The position numbers and the translations under genes are program-made. A DNA stretch of 64,000 nt from an uncultured Oscillospiraceae bacterium (GTDB lineage: Bacteria; Bacillota; Clostridia; Christensenellales; CAG-138). The stretch lies in assembly GCA_964636405.1 (NCBI GenBank), contig CAZWSI010000005.1, positions 17,975 through 81,974 on the forward strand, given 5' to 3'. The notes beneath the pieces are model-generated. The model did not search any database and had not been told where the DNA came from. It saw only the letters and a list, made by a program, of their open reading frames with translations. This document shows positions 49,187-59,079 of this stretch, piece by piece (positions within the stretch are counted from its first letter, which is position 1; every line of letters starts with the position of its first letter).

Positions 49187-49821
49187 TCGAGCCTCCCGCC
49201 AACCTTGACGAGCGGATTGTTCACGCGCTCATAGGCCATGTGCGTTTCCTCGCCGTGGCCCGGATAGAGCGTGTAATCGCCCGGCAGGGAAAACAGCCTG
49301 TCCAGCACGGAATGATACAGCTCCCGCTGGCTGCACCCGGGAAAATCCGTGCGCCCGCAGCTATCCTTAAAAAGTGTGTCGCCGCAAAAAATGGTTTGCT
49401 CTCCCTCGACAAGATAGCACGCGCCGCCCGGCGAATGCCCCGGCGTATGCAACACGCGAAAAAGCAGCCCTCCGGCGGATATCGCGTCGCCGTCGGAAAG
49501 GAGAACGTTGGCCTGCATTTTGGGCAGCAGATCGCCCGTGAGCACGGATAGGTTCTTGCGGTTGCTTTCCAGCATGGGCGCGTCCAGCGTGTGCACGCAG
49601 ACCTGCGCGCCGGTTTCCGCCTTGAGCGCGGGCAGACCGTACAGATGATCGAAATGCCCGTGCGTAAGCAGAATGTGCGTGCAGCGAAGGCCGTCCGCGC
49701 GCAGACTCGCGAGAATAGGCGCGGCGTCGCCCGGATCGATCACGGCGCATTCGCCGCCGTCGGAAGAAACCAGATAGCTGTTAACGGAAAGCGGGCCGCA
49801 GACGACGGTTTGTACGCGCAT
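49180..49821 (-). CDS. MBL-fold metallo-hydrolase (glyoxalase II-like)
   Basis: THGHFDH, HTPGHSPG, GDTLF, PGHG. Confidence 0.92.
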   Translation of the reverse strand: MRVQTVVCGPLSVNSYLVSSDGGECAVIDPGDAAPILASLRADGLRCTHILLTHGHFDHLYGLPALKAETGAQVCVHTLDAPMLESNRKNLSVLTGDLLPKMQANVLLSDGDAISAGGLLFRVLHTPGHSPGGACYLVEGEQTIFCGDTLFKDSCGRTDFPGCSQRELYHSVLDRLFSLPGDYTLYPGHGEETHMAYERVNNPLVKVGGRLDW

Positions 49822-50267
49822 CAAAAACACCTCCTGCTGTCGAGCAAAATCGTAAAGGGGCCGTCATTTGTGATAGACACCCGCATATGCGCCTGAAAAC
49901 GCCCGGTCTCCACCGGGACGGCGCGCGAAAGGCGTTCAATCCCCTTTTGGTAAAGCGGGCGCGCCGCTTCCGGCCTTGCCGCCGCGATGTAGCTGGGCCG
50001 CCTGCCGTGGCGCGCGTCGCCGCAAAGCGTAAACTGGGAGACAAGCAGGATAGAGCCGCCCACGTCTGTAACGGAACAATTGGGAACCTCGTTTTCGTCG
50101 TCGAACACGCGCAGGCCCAGCAGCTTATCGCAGATATAGTTTAAATCCGTTTCCGTATCGCCCGTCTCGATGCCCAGCAGCACCGCAAGGCCCAAACCAA
50201 TCCGGCCCGTTTCCTCGCCGTCCACCGTCACAAACGCGGACGATACCCGCTGCACAACCGCGCGCAT
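49821..50267 (-). CDS. dtd: D-aminoacyl-tRNA deacylase
   Basis: MRAVVQRV, SQFTL, NDGPFT. Confidence 0.96.
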   Translation of the reverse strand: MRAVVQRVSSAFVTVDGEETGRIGLGLAVLLGIETGDTETDLNYICDKLLGLRVFDDENEVPNCSVTDVGGSILLVSQFTLCGDARHGRRPSYIAAARPEAARPLYQKGIERLSRAVPVETGRFQAHMRVSITNDGPFTILLDSRRCF

Positions 50268-50275
50268 AGCGCCTC

Positions 50276-52456
50276 CTATTTACTGATGCGGTGCACGTCG
50301 CGCACGCATTTTATTTTCCGAATATTCTTCATAATCACGTTGAGCTGCTCGGCGTTGGTCACGGCGAAGGTCATCTCAACCAGGTATTGCTCCTCGTGCC
50401 CGGGCCTGCCGTTGATGCTCTGAATGTTGATATTCAGGCTGGAAAGCAGCGCGGAAATATCCGTAATGGTCCCCGGGCGGTTATCCGCGTGCACCAGCAC
50501 GGAGGCGTTAAACGAGCTGCGCGCGCTCACAGCCCATTCCACGGGAATGACGCGGTCGCGGTCGTTTGTCAGGTTGGCCGCGTTTGTGCAGTCGGCCCTG
50601 TGAACCGAAACGCCCCGCCCGCGCGTGATGTAGCCGATAATCGCGTCGCCCGGCAGCGGATTGCAGCAGTTGCCGAAACGCACCGCCATGCCCGGATCGC
50701 CGCGCACGATAATGCCGTTGACCGGCACCTGATCGTGCGCAGTACGCGGACTCTCATCGGTGTCCTGCGCCGCGAGCTTCTGGGCGATGGCCTCCTGCTT
50801 TTCGTCCTTGCGGCGCAAATCCATGAGCTTGTGCACCACCTGCCCCGCCGACACGCCGCCAAAGCCCACGGTGGAATACAGATCGTCCACAGAATTGAGA
50901 TTGAAGCGCTTGAGCACTTCGGTCACGTATTCCTGCTTCATCAGCAGCGGCAGGCTTTGCCCCTGCCTTTTCGCGTTATCCTCGAGCATTTCCTTGCCAC
51001 GCTGAATGTTCTCCTCGCGGTTTTCCCGTTTAAACCACTGGCGTATCTTGTTGCGCGCGGACTGGGTCTTTACGATATTGAGCCAATCGCGGCTGGGGCC
51101 GACCTGACTGTTGGAGGTGATGATCTCCACCACGTCGTTGGTTTTCAGCTTGTAATCGAGCCGCACGAGCGTGCCGTTCACCTTGGCGTGCTGCGTGTGA
51201 TTGCCGATGTTGGTATGGATGCGGTAGGCGAAGTCGAGCGGCGTGGAGCCAATGGGCAGATCGATAATCTCGCCCTGCGGCGTGAGCACAAATACGTATT
51301 CGCCCAGAAAATCCTTGAGAATATTATCGACGAATTCACGGCTGTCCTCGGTCGTTTCCTTGGCCTCCACGACCTGGCGGAGCCAGCTTGTTTTGCGGTC
51401 GAAAATGCTCTGGACGGTACGGCCCTCCTTGTACATCCAGTGGGCCGCGATGCCATATTCCGCCGTGCGGTGCATCTCCTGCGTGCGAATCTGCACCTCG
51501 AAGGGAATGCCGTTTTCCGCAAGCAGCGTGGTGTGGAGCGAACGGTACATATTGGGCTTGGGGGTGGCGATATAGTCCTTAAAGCGCCCGGGCAGCGGCT
51601 TCCAGCCCGCGTGGATCACGCCGAGCGCCGCGTAACAATCATTGATCGAATCCACGATCACGCGGATGGCGACAAGATCGTAAATCTCGTTCATGCTGCA
51701 ATTCAGACGCTGCATCTTGCTGTACACGCTGTAGAGATGCTTGGGGCGGCCGCTGATCACGGCCGTGATGCCCGCGTCCTTCAATTGCTTTTCGATACGC
51801 TCCATCGCATCGTCAAGCAGCGCCGTGCGGTCGGATTGCTGCCGCTCGAACTGCTGCTTGATGTTATCGTATTCGGCGGGCATGAGATAGCGAAAGGAAA
51901 GATCCTCCAGCTCGCCCTTGACCGCGCCCATGCCGAAGCGGTGCGCAAGCGGCGCATAAACCTCCAGCACCTCCTTGGCCTTGCGCGCACGCTTGCCGGG
52001 ATTGCAATAGGCGATGGTGCGCATATTGTGCAGGCGGTCAGCCAGCTTGATGATAACGACGCGTACGTCCGCTGCGATTGCCAAAAACAGCTTGCGCAGG
52101 TTTTCGGACTGCTCCTGTTTTTTGGTAATGTAGGTCTGCTTGCCGGAAATGGTCAGCTTGGTCACGCCGTCCACCAGCATGGCGACCTCGCCGCCGAACT
52201 GAGACTCGATATCCGCGATGGTTACGCCCGGGCAATCCTCCACCGCGTCGTGCAAAAGCGCGGCGGTCACGCTCTCCGCGTCCATGCCCATGTCCATGAC
52301 AATCTGCGCCACCGCGACGGGATGGATAATATACGGCTCGCCGGATTCGCGAAGCTGGCCCCGGTGGGCGTTGGTTGCGAAAACGAGGGCACGCTCAAAA
52401 AGCACCGTCTGTTCCGGCGTGTATCGCTCAGAAAACGTTTGCAGCAGCGGATGCAT
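50276..52456 (-). CDS. relA: Bifunctional (p)ppGpp synthetase/hydrolase Rel
   Basis: SGEPYIIHP, LLHDAVED, KLADRLHNMRT, RFKDY, EVQIRT, TGS, zinc-finger and ACT domains. Confidence 0.96.
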   Translation of the reverse strand: MHPLLQTFSERYTPEQTVLFERALVFATNAHRGQLRESGEPYIIHPVAVAQIVMDMGMDAESVTAALLHDAVEDCPGVTIADIESQFGGEVAMLVDGVTKLTISGKQTYITKKQEQSENLRKLFLAIAADVRVVIIKLADRLHNMRTIAYCNPGKRARKAKEVLEVYAPLAHRFGMGAVKGELEDLSFRYLMPAEYDNIKQQFERQQSDRTALLDDAMERIEKQLKDAGITAVISGRPKHLYSVYSKMQRLNCSMNEIYDLVAIRVIVDSINDCYAALGVIHAGWKPLPGRFKDYIATPKPNMYRSLHTTLLAENGIPFEVQIRTQEMHRTAEYGIAAHWMYKEGRTVQSIFDRKTSWLRQVVEAKETTEDSREFVDNILKDFLGEYVFVLTPQGEIIDLPIGSTPLDFAYRIHTNIGNHTQHAKVNGTLVRLDYKLKTNDVVEIITSNSQVGPSRDWLNIVKTQSARNKIRQWFKRENREENIQRGKEMLEDNAKRQGQSLPLLMKQEYVTEVLKRFNLNSVDDLYSTVGFGGVSAGQVVHKLMDLRRKDEKQEAIAQKLAAQDTDESPRTAHDQVPVNGIIVRGDPGMAVRFGNCCNPLPGDAIIGYITRGRGVSVHRADCTNAANLTNDRDRVIPVEWAVSARSSFNASVLVHADNRPGTITDISALLSSLNINIQSINGRPGHEEQYLVEMTFAVTNAEQLNVIMKNIRKIKCVRDVHRISK

Positions 52457-52520
52457 AGGACAGCCCCCTTCCGTAACATTGAAAAAGGAACAACGCGGTC
52501 GCTGTTCCTTTCCTTACAAA

Positions 52521-53036
52521 TCAGAACCGCATGACCGACGCAACGTCATAGCCCTCGAGCGGCTTGCGACCGTCAAACTCGGACGCGAGCTCGATGGCAA
52601 AGCGCACCGCCACAACCTCGCCGCCCGCCTGCTCGACCAGCTTGACGGTGGCCAGCGCTGTGCCGCCCGTTGCCAGCAGATCGTCCACAATGACCACCTT
52701 TTGGCCCGGCTTGATTGCGTCCTCATGAATTTCCAGCACATCCGTGCCGTACTCGAGGCCGTATTCATAGCGCATGGTCTTGCAGGGAAGCTTGCCGGGC
52801 TTGCGCGCCACGACAAAGCCCGCCTTCAGCGCGTAAGCAAGCGCCGAGCCGATAACAAAGCCGCGTGCCTCCGGGCCCACGACCAGATCGACCTGTTTGC
52901 CGCCGAGCGAGGCTTTGATTTCGTCGATTAAAGCGCAATAGCCCTCCTTATCCTTCAAAAGCGTCGTGATATCACGGAAAAGAACGCCCTTAACGGGGAA
53001 ATCGGGTATGTTGCGGATTTTCGAGGTCAGATCCAT
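52521..53036 (-). CDS. apt: Adenine phosphoribosyltransferase (own RBS; also in frame with recJ)
   Basis: IRNIPDFPVKG, EARGF, RKPGKLP, VDDLLATGGT; RBS AGGAGG 8 nt before ATG. Confidence 0.95.
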   Translation of the reverse strand: MDLTSKIRNIPDFPVKGVLFRDITTLLKDKEGYCALIDEIKASLGGKQVDLVVGPEARGFVIGSALAYALKAGFVVARKPGKLPCKTMRYEYGLEYGTDVLEIHEDAIKPGQKVVIVDDLLATGGTALATVKLVEQAGGEVVAVRFAIELASEFDGRKPLEGYDVASVMRF

Positions 53037-55175
53037 TTTTGTTTCCTCCTGTTGTTCCAAGCTTCCATCAAAATTTTCCAGACCGGCTCCCAGCCGATAA
53101 AGCACACTGTTTTCCAGCGGCGTGCGCCGCGCCTCCCGCACAGGGCAAACGCGCCCCGTTTGTGCGTCGAAGCGGAAAAAGCCCAGCTCCATAAACGCGA
53201 GCAGCGCAAGCCGCTGCTCAAAGGAGAGAAGGCAACGCGCCTCCCTTTCCGGCAGGCCGCCATCGGCGCAAAGCGCGGTCAGCGCCTTAAACAGCGCGCG
53301 CATGCGCCCGTTTTCCCAACGCAGTGCGCGAATACGCGCGCGCGCCTCCCGTTCCAAAGCAGAATACCGCATTTCATCACAGCATGCCTTTTGATTATAC
53401 AGGATATCGTGCCAAAATGCATCTATGAATTTTTCAGCGGCATAAAGGCGCGCACGCGCAGCGCAATAGAACAGCTCCGCGCTCTCCGCGCCGCGGAAGC
53501 GATTCACGGAGGGCGAAGCGACCAGATCGAAGGCTTGGCCCGTTTCCCAAGCGCCGCAAAGCCGTCCCGCGCCGAACGCAACCGCGCGCAAGTCCGCCTC
53601 CCCCTGCCGCACGAGCGCGGAAAGGTGCTTCCCTTCCTTGCCCATACGCTTTACGGATGAAAAGCGCACGTCCTCGATGAGGTAGCACGGGCGCTCGTTC
53701 CCCTCGCCAAAGGGCGCGAGCAGCATGAGCTCCTTTTCGGCGGCAAGCGTAAGCTCGGAAAGCGGCACGACCGCCTCATAGTATACGGTTGGCTGAAGCG
53801 CCTCCGGGGGCAGGGCCGCCTTCGCCAGCGAAAGAAAGGCCTCCGAAAAGGCGGCGAGGTTTTCGGAAGGCATGGTAATGCCCGCCGCTCCGGCATGCCC
53901 GCCAAAGCGCGTAAAGAAGCGGCTGCATGCCGCCAGCGCCGCCGCCAGATCGAGCGCGGGCACGCTGCGGCAGGAGCCGGTCAGCTCGTCTCCCGCGCCG
54001 CAAAACAGCAGAGCGGGGCGGGAATACCGCTCGGTAAGGCGTGAGGCCACGATGCCGATCACACCCGGGTTCCAATCCAGCCCGCAGAGAATGAGCGCGG
54101 GGAGCGTGGCAAGCGGAAGCTGCGCAAGCCGCGCCTCCGCATCGGCCAATATGCCGGCTTCGACGCGACGGCGCTCCTGATTGTCCGCGTCGAGCGCGGC
54201 GGCAAGCGCCATGCAGCTTTGTTCGTCCACCGCGGTCAGCAGCTCGACCGCGCGGCCCGCGTCGCCCATGCGGCCCGCCGCGTTGAGTCTGGGCGCGAGC
54301 GCATAGGCGAGCGTCGTTTCGGTGGGCGCTTCTTTTTCAGCCCCGGCGACGCGCAGCAAGGCCGCAAGACCGGGGCAGCGCATGATCAGCGGCAGGCCCT
54401 GCGCGACCAGCACGCGGTTTTGGCCGGTGAGCGGAACAACGTCCGCAACCGTGGCAACGGCGGCCAGCGCAAGCGCGCGCTCCCCCGCCTCCCCGCCAGT
54501 AAGCGCCCGCGCGAGCAGATATGCCACGCCCGCGCCGCAAAAGGGCGTATCGTCAGCTTCGCAGCCGGCTTCCGCATTGCGGCCGGTTTCGCCTGCTCCT
54601 TCTGCCGGCAGGCCCGGCGCGCCCGGGCAAACGACCGCCGCGCACGCGGGCAGCGTTTCCTTGGCGCGATGGTGATCGGTTACAATCACTTCCATGCCAA
54701 GCGACGCTGCATGGGCGATTTCATCGTGCGCGGAAATGCCGTTGTCCACCGTAACGATGAGGCGGACGCCTTCCGCGCGCAGCGTGTCCAGGCCGTTTAC
54801 GCTCAGGCCGTAGCCCTCCGCGTGCCGGGAGGGCAGATAATAGCATACGTTTGCGGAAAGCGCCCGCAGACAGGACAAAAGCAGCGCCGTGGCGCACACG
54901 CCGTCCGCGTCGTAATCGCCGTATACGCAGATGCGTTCGCCGCCGCTGATGGCGGCGCGGATGCGCGCAACGGCGTTCTTCATGCCGAAAAGCAGATACG
55001 GATCGGGCAGGCTCTGCGCTTGCGGGTGCAGAAACGCCGCGATCTCGTCCTTTTCCGTCACGCCCCTAAAAATGAGCGCGCGCGCAAGCTGCGGCGTTAC
55101 GCCGTTTTCCTTGCATACGCGGTCAAGCAGGGCGGCGTCGCAAATAACGCTCTCTTTTAAGGAGAGCCTGCTCAT
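52521..55175 (-). CDS. recJ: ssDNA exonuclease RecJ, reading in frame into Apt with no stop codon
   Basis: YGDYDADG, EGYG, TVDNG, TDHH, PRLNAAGR, FGGH; RecJ part is about 53037-55175. Confidence 0.9.
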   Translation of the reverse strand: MSRLSLKESVICDAALLDRVCKENGVTPQLARALIFRGVTEKDEIAAFLHPQAQSLPDPYLLFGMKNAVARIRAAISGGERICVYGDYDADGVCATALLLSCLRALSANVCYYLPSRHAEGYGLSVNGLDTLRAEGVRLIVTVDNGISAHDEIAHAASLGMEVIVTDHHRAKETLPACAAVVCPGAPGLPAEGAGETGRNAEAGCEADDTPFCGAGVAYLLARALTGGEAGERALALAAVATVADVVPLTGQNRVLVAQGLPLIMRCPGLAALLRVAGAEKEAPTETTLAYALAPRLNAAGRMGDAGRAVELLTAVDEQSCMALAAALDADNQERRRVEAGILADAEARLAQLPLATLPALILCGLDWNPGVIGIVASRLTERYSRPALLFCGAGDELTGSCRSVPALDLAAALAACSRFFTRFGGHAGAAGITMPSENLAAFSEAFLSLAKAALPPEALQPTVYYEAVVPLSELTLAAEKELMLLAPFGEGNERPCYLIEDVRFSSVKRMGKEGKHLSALVRQGEADLRAVAFGAGRLCGAWETGQAFDLVASPSVNRFRGAESAELFYCAARARLYAAEKFIDAFWHDILYNQKACCDEMRYSALEREARARIRALRWENGRMRALFKALTALCADGGLPEREARCLLSFEQRLALLAFMELGFFRFDAQTGRVCPVREARRTPLENSVLYRLGAGLENFDGSLEQQEETKMDLTSKIRNIPDFPVKGVLFRDITTLLKDKEGYCALIDEIKASLGGKQVDLVVGPEARGFVIGSALAYALKAGFVVARKPGKLPCKTMRYEYGLEYGTDVLEIHEDAIKPGQKVVIVDDLLATGGTALATVKLVEQAGGEVVAVRFAIELASEFDGRKPLEGYDVASVMRF

Positions 55176-56497
55176 TGGCCTTCCCGAATATGAATTCCAA
55201 GCGCGCATTCCGTGCGCATGCGCATGAGCGCGCAGCTCATTTCATGCGGGTGCATGATGCTGCCGCCATACAAAAAGGCGTTTGCCGCACAGCCGCCGCT
55301 GCAAAAATACTTGGCCCAGCAGCGTGCGCAGCTTTCCTTGGTTTCCACATTGCACGCGGCAAAGCGCGCTTGCTTTTCCTCGTCGAGCACGCCGGAAAAC
55401 ACGTCGCCAAGCTTCCATTCGGGAAGCCCGACAAATTGGTGGCAGGGGTAGATATCCCCGTCCGGCGTAACGGCGGCGTATTCCGCGCCCGCGCCGCAGC
55501 CCGTAAGGCGCTTGCGCAGGCAGGGGCCGTGCTCGAGATCAATCATAAAATGAAAGAAATGGAACCACGTTCCGTCCTTGCGCGCGCGCAGATAATGCTT
55601 TGACAGTGTTTCATATTCCTCGCGAACGCGCGGCAGATCGGCCCCCGTGATGGCGAGCGGGTCATCTTCCGCCAGCACGACCGGCTCAAGCGAGAGCTGC
55701 GTAAAGCCCTCGGAAACGAGCGCTTTCACATCCTCGGTAAAATCGAGGTTGTTTTTCGTGAACGTGCCGCGAATATAGTATTCCTTCCCGCCCCGGGCCG
55801 CGATCAGCTTCTTCGCCTTTTCCAGAATGATATCGTAGGAACCCTTGCCGTTTACGGTAGGGCGAAGCGCGTCGTGCACCTCCCGACGGCCGTCGATACT
55901 GATGACCACGTTGTCCATTTCGCGGTTGATCCACGCGATGCTTTCGTCCGTCAGCGCCACGCAGTTGGTCGTCATGGTAAAGCTGATGTGCTTGCCGAAC
56001 GCCTTTTCGCGCGCTCGGCCATAGGCCACGATTTCCTTGCAGAGCGGGAAATTCAGCAGCGGCTCGCCGCCGAAAAGATCGACCTCAAGGTGCTTGCGTT
56101 TGCCGCTGTGCGTGAGCAGAAAATCGATGGCGCGGCGCGCCACGTCCGCGTCCATGAGCATGCGGGCCCCGTGGAAATCACCCGTGGAGGCAAAGCAATA
56201 TTTGCAGCGCAGATTGCAATCGTGCGCCACGTGCAGGCAGAGCGATTTAATCACCGCGCCGCCCGGAACAAACGGCGCGCAGCGCTTGGGCGTATCGAAC
56301 GCGCCCTGTGCGCGGAGCTCCTCCAATTCGGCCAGAATATCCAGAGTCAGCGCTCTGTCGAGTCCCTGCGCGAGCGGATCCTCCCCGCGCTCGATGGCGG
56401 AAGCGACGAGAAAGGTATCCTCGTCAACGAGCGAAAGCGCGCCGCTCTCCACGTCGAGCAGGATTCGGTCGTCCAAAAAACGGAATGCGTGTATCAC
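55172..56497 (-). CDS. scfB: SCIFF/ranthipeptide radical SAM-SPASM maturase
   Basis: LCLHVAHDCNLRCKYCFA, FGGEPL, GCGAG..Y..VTPDGDIYPCHQF, CWAKYFCSGGC; GTG start. Confidence 0.94.
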   Translation of the reverse strand: MIHAFRFLDDRILLDVESGALSLVDEDTFLVASAIERGEDPLAQGLDRALTLDILAELEELRAQGAFDTPKRCAPFVPGGAVIKSLCLHVAHDCNLRCKYCFASTGDFHGARMLMDADVARRAIDFLLTHSGKRKHLEVDLFGGEPLLNFPLCKEIVAYGRAREKAFGKHISFTMTTNCVALTDESIAWINREMDNVVISIDGRREVHDALRPTVNGKGSYDIILEKAKKLIAARGGKEYYIRGTFTKNNLDFTEDVKALVSEGFTQLSLEPVVLAEDDPLAITGADLPRVREEYETLSKHYLRARKDGTWFHFFHFMIDLEHGPCLRKRLTGCGAGAEYAAVTPDGDIYPCHQFVGLPEWKLGDVFSGVLDEEKQARFAACNVETKESCARCWAKYFCSGGCAANAFLYGGSIMHPHEMSCALMRMRTECALGIHIREGQ

Positions 56498-56557
56498 AAA
56501 AGTTCCCCCACAAACAAAGAAAGGCCGCCGGGCCTTTCCCTGTTTCATAATATTTCG

Positions 56558-56701
56558 TTATTTGCCTTCCTTGGCGCACTTCTGATTGCCGACGGTGCAG
56601 GATGTTTTGCAGGCCGACTGGCAGCTTGCCTGGCACTCGCCGCACGCGGTGTTTTCGCCCGCACGGATGCAGGGCTTCTGAACGATTTGAATATGCTTCA
56701 T
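56558..56701 (-). CDS. scfA: SCIFF ranthipeptide precursor (47 aa)
   Basis: MKHI...CGECQASCQSACKTSCTVGNQKC; RBS AAGGAGG. Confidence 0.95.
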   Translation of the reverse strand: MKHIQIVQKPCIRAGENTACGECQASCQSACKTSCTVGNQKCAKEGK

Positions 56702-56749
56702 AACGGATTGCCTCCTTTTTATTTCTGTTCCAGTATACACGCTTCGCGC

Positions 56750-57961
56750 TTACAGCGCAAGGGCGGCGGTATCGCGCGCGATGGTCATTTCCTCGTCGGT
56801 GGGGATCACGTATACCTTCACGCGGCTGCCGGGCTTGGTGAGCTCCACCTCCTGCCCGCGCGGGCAGGCTTCGTTATAGTCAAAGTCCACGTCGAGGCCA
56901 AGGTAATCCATGTTTTCGAGCACAAGCTTGCGTACACGGCGGTCGTTTTCGCCCACGCCTGCTGTGAATACGATCGCGTCCACGCCGTTGAGCGCGGCGG
57001 CATAGGAGCCGATATACTGCTTGACCTTGTAGCAGAACATCTGAACGGCCAGCTCGGCGCGCTCGTTGCCCTCGCGGGAGGCCGCGTCGAGATCGCGAAA
57101 ATCGCTCGACACGCCGGAAATGCCCAGCATGCCGCTCTTCTTGTTCATGTAGGTATCCATTTCCCTGGGGGTCATGCCGGTATGCTCCATGAGGAAGGGC
57201 ATGATGGCCGGATCAATGGAGCCGCAGCGCGTGCCCATGGGAAGCCCTTCAAGCGGGGTCAGGCCCATGGAGGTATCGACGCAGCGCCCGCCCTTGACGG
57301 CGGATACGCTCGAGCCGTTGCCCAGATGGCAGGTAATGACGCGCGTCTCATCCTTGGGAATGCCAAGCGCGGCGAGCTTTTCAACGGCGCGGCCCGCCAC
57401 ATAACGGTGTGAGGTTCCGTGGAAGCCGTAGCGGCGAACCTTATACTCGGTATACGCCTCGTATGGCAGAGCGTACATAAAGGCCTTTGGCTCCATGGCC
57501 TGTCCCCAAGCGGTATCGAACACCGCAACCATGGGCACGTTTTCCATCACCTCCATGCAACCGCGAATGCCCATGAGGTTAGCGGGATTGTGCAGCGGGC
57601 CCAGCGGGATGCACGCCTCGATTGCCGTGAGCACCGCGTCGTTAATGAGCACCGGCTCGGAATACTTTTCCCCGCCGTGCAGCACGCGGTGTCCGACAGC
57701 CGCGATGGACTTCATGTCGGGAATGACGCCCAGTTGCGGATCAACCAGCGCCTCCAGCACAAGACGGATGGCGTCCGCGTGATCCTTCATGGCGCTTTCC
57801 TTTTTGTGCTCCGTTCCGCCAGCGGGCTTATAGCTGATAAAGGAGCCTTCGATGCCGATGCGCTCGCAAATGCCCTGGGCGATCACCTTGCTCTCGTCGA
57901 TATCGATGAGCTGATACTTCAGCGACGAGCTGCCCGCGTTGATAACCAGTATGTAAGTCAT
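56750..57961 (-). CDS. ackA: Acetate kinase
   Basis: INAGSSSLK, GHRVLHGG, PLHNP, YGFHGTSH, HLGNGSS, FTAGVGEN. Confidence 0.97.
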   Translation of the reverse strand: MTYILVINAGSSSLKYQLIDIDESKVIAQGICERIGIEGSFISYKPAGGTEHKKESAMKDHADAIRLVLEALVDPQLGVIPDMKSIAAVGHRVLHGGEKYSEPVLINDAVLTAIEACIPLGPLHNPANLMGIRGCMEVMENVPMVAVFDTAWGQAMEPKAFMYALPYEAYTEYKVRRYGFHGTSHRYVAGRAVEKLAALGIPKDETRVITCHLGNGSSVSAVKGGRCVDTSMGLTPLEGLPMGTRCGSIDPAIMPFLMEHTGMTPREMDTYMNKKSGMLGISGVSSDFRDLDAASREGNERAELAVQMFCYKVKQYIGSYAAALNGVDAIVFTAGVGENDRRVRKLVLENMDYLGLDVDFDYNEACPRGQEVELTKPGSRVKVYVIPTDEEMTIARDTAALAL

Positions 57962-57980
57962 AGGTGCTTTCTCCTTGCTG

Positions 57981-58982
57981 TTATGCCAAGTTTTGCGCCT
58001 GCACGGCGGTGATGGCCACGACCGATACGATATCGTCCACGGAGCAGCCGCGCGACAAATCGTTTACCGGGTACTTAAAGCCCTGACAAATGGGGCCGAC
58101 CGCGTCCGCGCCGGCAAGGCGCTGCACGAGCTTATAGCCAATGTTGCCCGCTTGCAGATCGGGGAACACAAGCACGTTTGCCTTGCCCGCCACGCTGCTT
58201 CCGGGTGCCTTGAGAAGGCCGACCTTTTCAACCAGCGCCGCGTCCGCCTGCAATTCGCCGTCTGCGCAGAGGTCGGGAGCCTGCTCGCGCACAAGGCGCG
58301 CGGCCTCGGCCACCTTATCGACCAGCTCGTGCTTGGCGCTGCCCTTGGTGGAAAAGGACAATAGCGCGACGCGCGGCTCCAAGCCGCAGAGCGCCTTGCC
58401 CGTCGCGGCAGAGGAAATGGCGATGGCCGCAAGCTGCTCGAAGGTGGGGTTGGGATTGACCGCGCAATCGGCGAAGATGAGCGTGCCGTTGTCGCCGTAG
58501 CGCTGATCGGGAACCTCCATGATAAAGCAGCTCGACACGACCGAAATGCCCTTGGCCATTTTGATAATCTGCAAGCCGGGGCGGAGCGTATCGCCCGTGG
58601 TGCAAAGCGCGCCGGCCACCATGCCGTCGGCCTTGCGCTCGCGCACCATCATGGCCGCGAAAAACAGAGGATTCTTCATTGTGGCGGCCGCCTTTTCGGG
58701 GGTTACGCCCTTCTCCTTGCGAAGCTCGTAAAAGAGCTCCGTATACCGTGCAAGCTCCGGCGAGGTCGCGGGATCGACGATCTCCACGCCGGAAAGATCC
58801 GCGTTCAGGCGGGCCGCCGTCGCCTTGATCTCGGATTCGTCGCCGAGAAGGGTTACGTCAGCAATGCCTTCGCGGGCAATGATCGCCGCCGCCTGCACCG
58901 TGCGCTCCTCGCTCCCCTCGGGAAGAAGCACCCGCTTTTTGTTCGCTTTTGCTTTTTGCTTAATGGAATCCATCAAAGACAT
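57981..58982 (-). CDS. pta: Phosphate acetyltransferase
   Basis: [35 protein letters not shown]. Confidence 0.96.
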   Translation of the reverse strand: MSLMDSIKQKAKANKKRVLLPEGSEERTVQAAAIIAREGIADVTLLGDESEIKATAARLNADLSGVEIVDPATSPELARYTELFYELRKEKGVTPEKAAATMKNPLFFAAMMVRERKADGMVAGALCTTGDTLRPGLQIIKMAKGISVVSSCFIMEVPDQRYGDNGTLIFADCAVNPNPTFEQLAAIAISSAATGKALCGLEPRVALLSFSTKGSAKHELVDKVAEAARLVREQAPDLCADGELQADAALVEKVGLLKAPGSSVAGKANVLVFPDLQAGNIGYKLVQRLAGADAVGPICQGFKYPVNDLSRGCSVDDIVSVVAITAVQAQNLA

Positions 58983-59079
58983 GGCTATATTTGCCTCCCG
59001 TAAATTTTCATGGGGATTATACCACATCCGAGCGGAAAATGGTATACTGAATTACGGAAAGGGAGGACGCGCGGGGGCA

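Noticed and set aside
50291..52534. Long antisense ORFs (also 1182-2417, 19392-21377, 30316-31749, 55874-57412, 59017-60528, and the alternate-frame 61314-63398)
   Set aside because: Shadow ORFs of well-supported genes in GC-rich DNA, with no recognisable motifs
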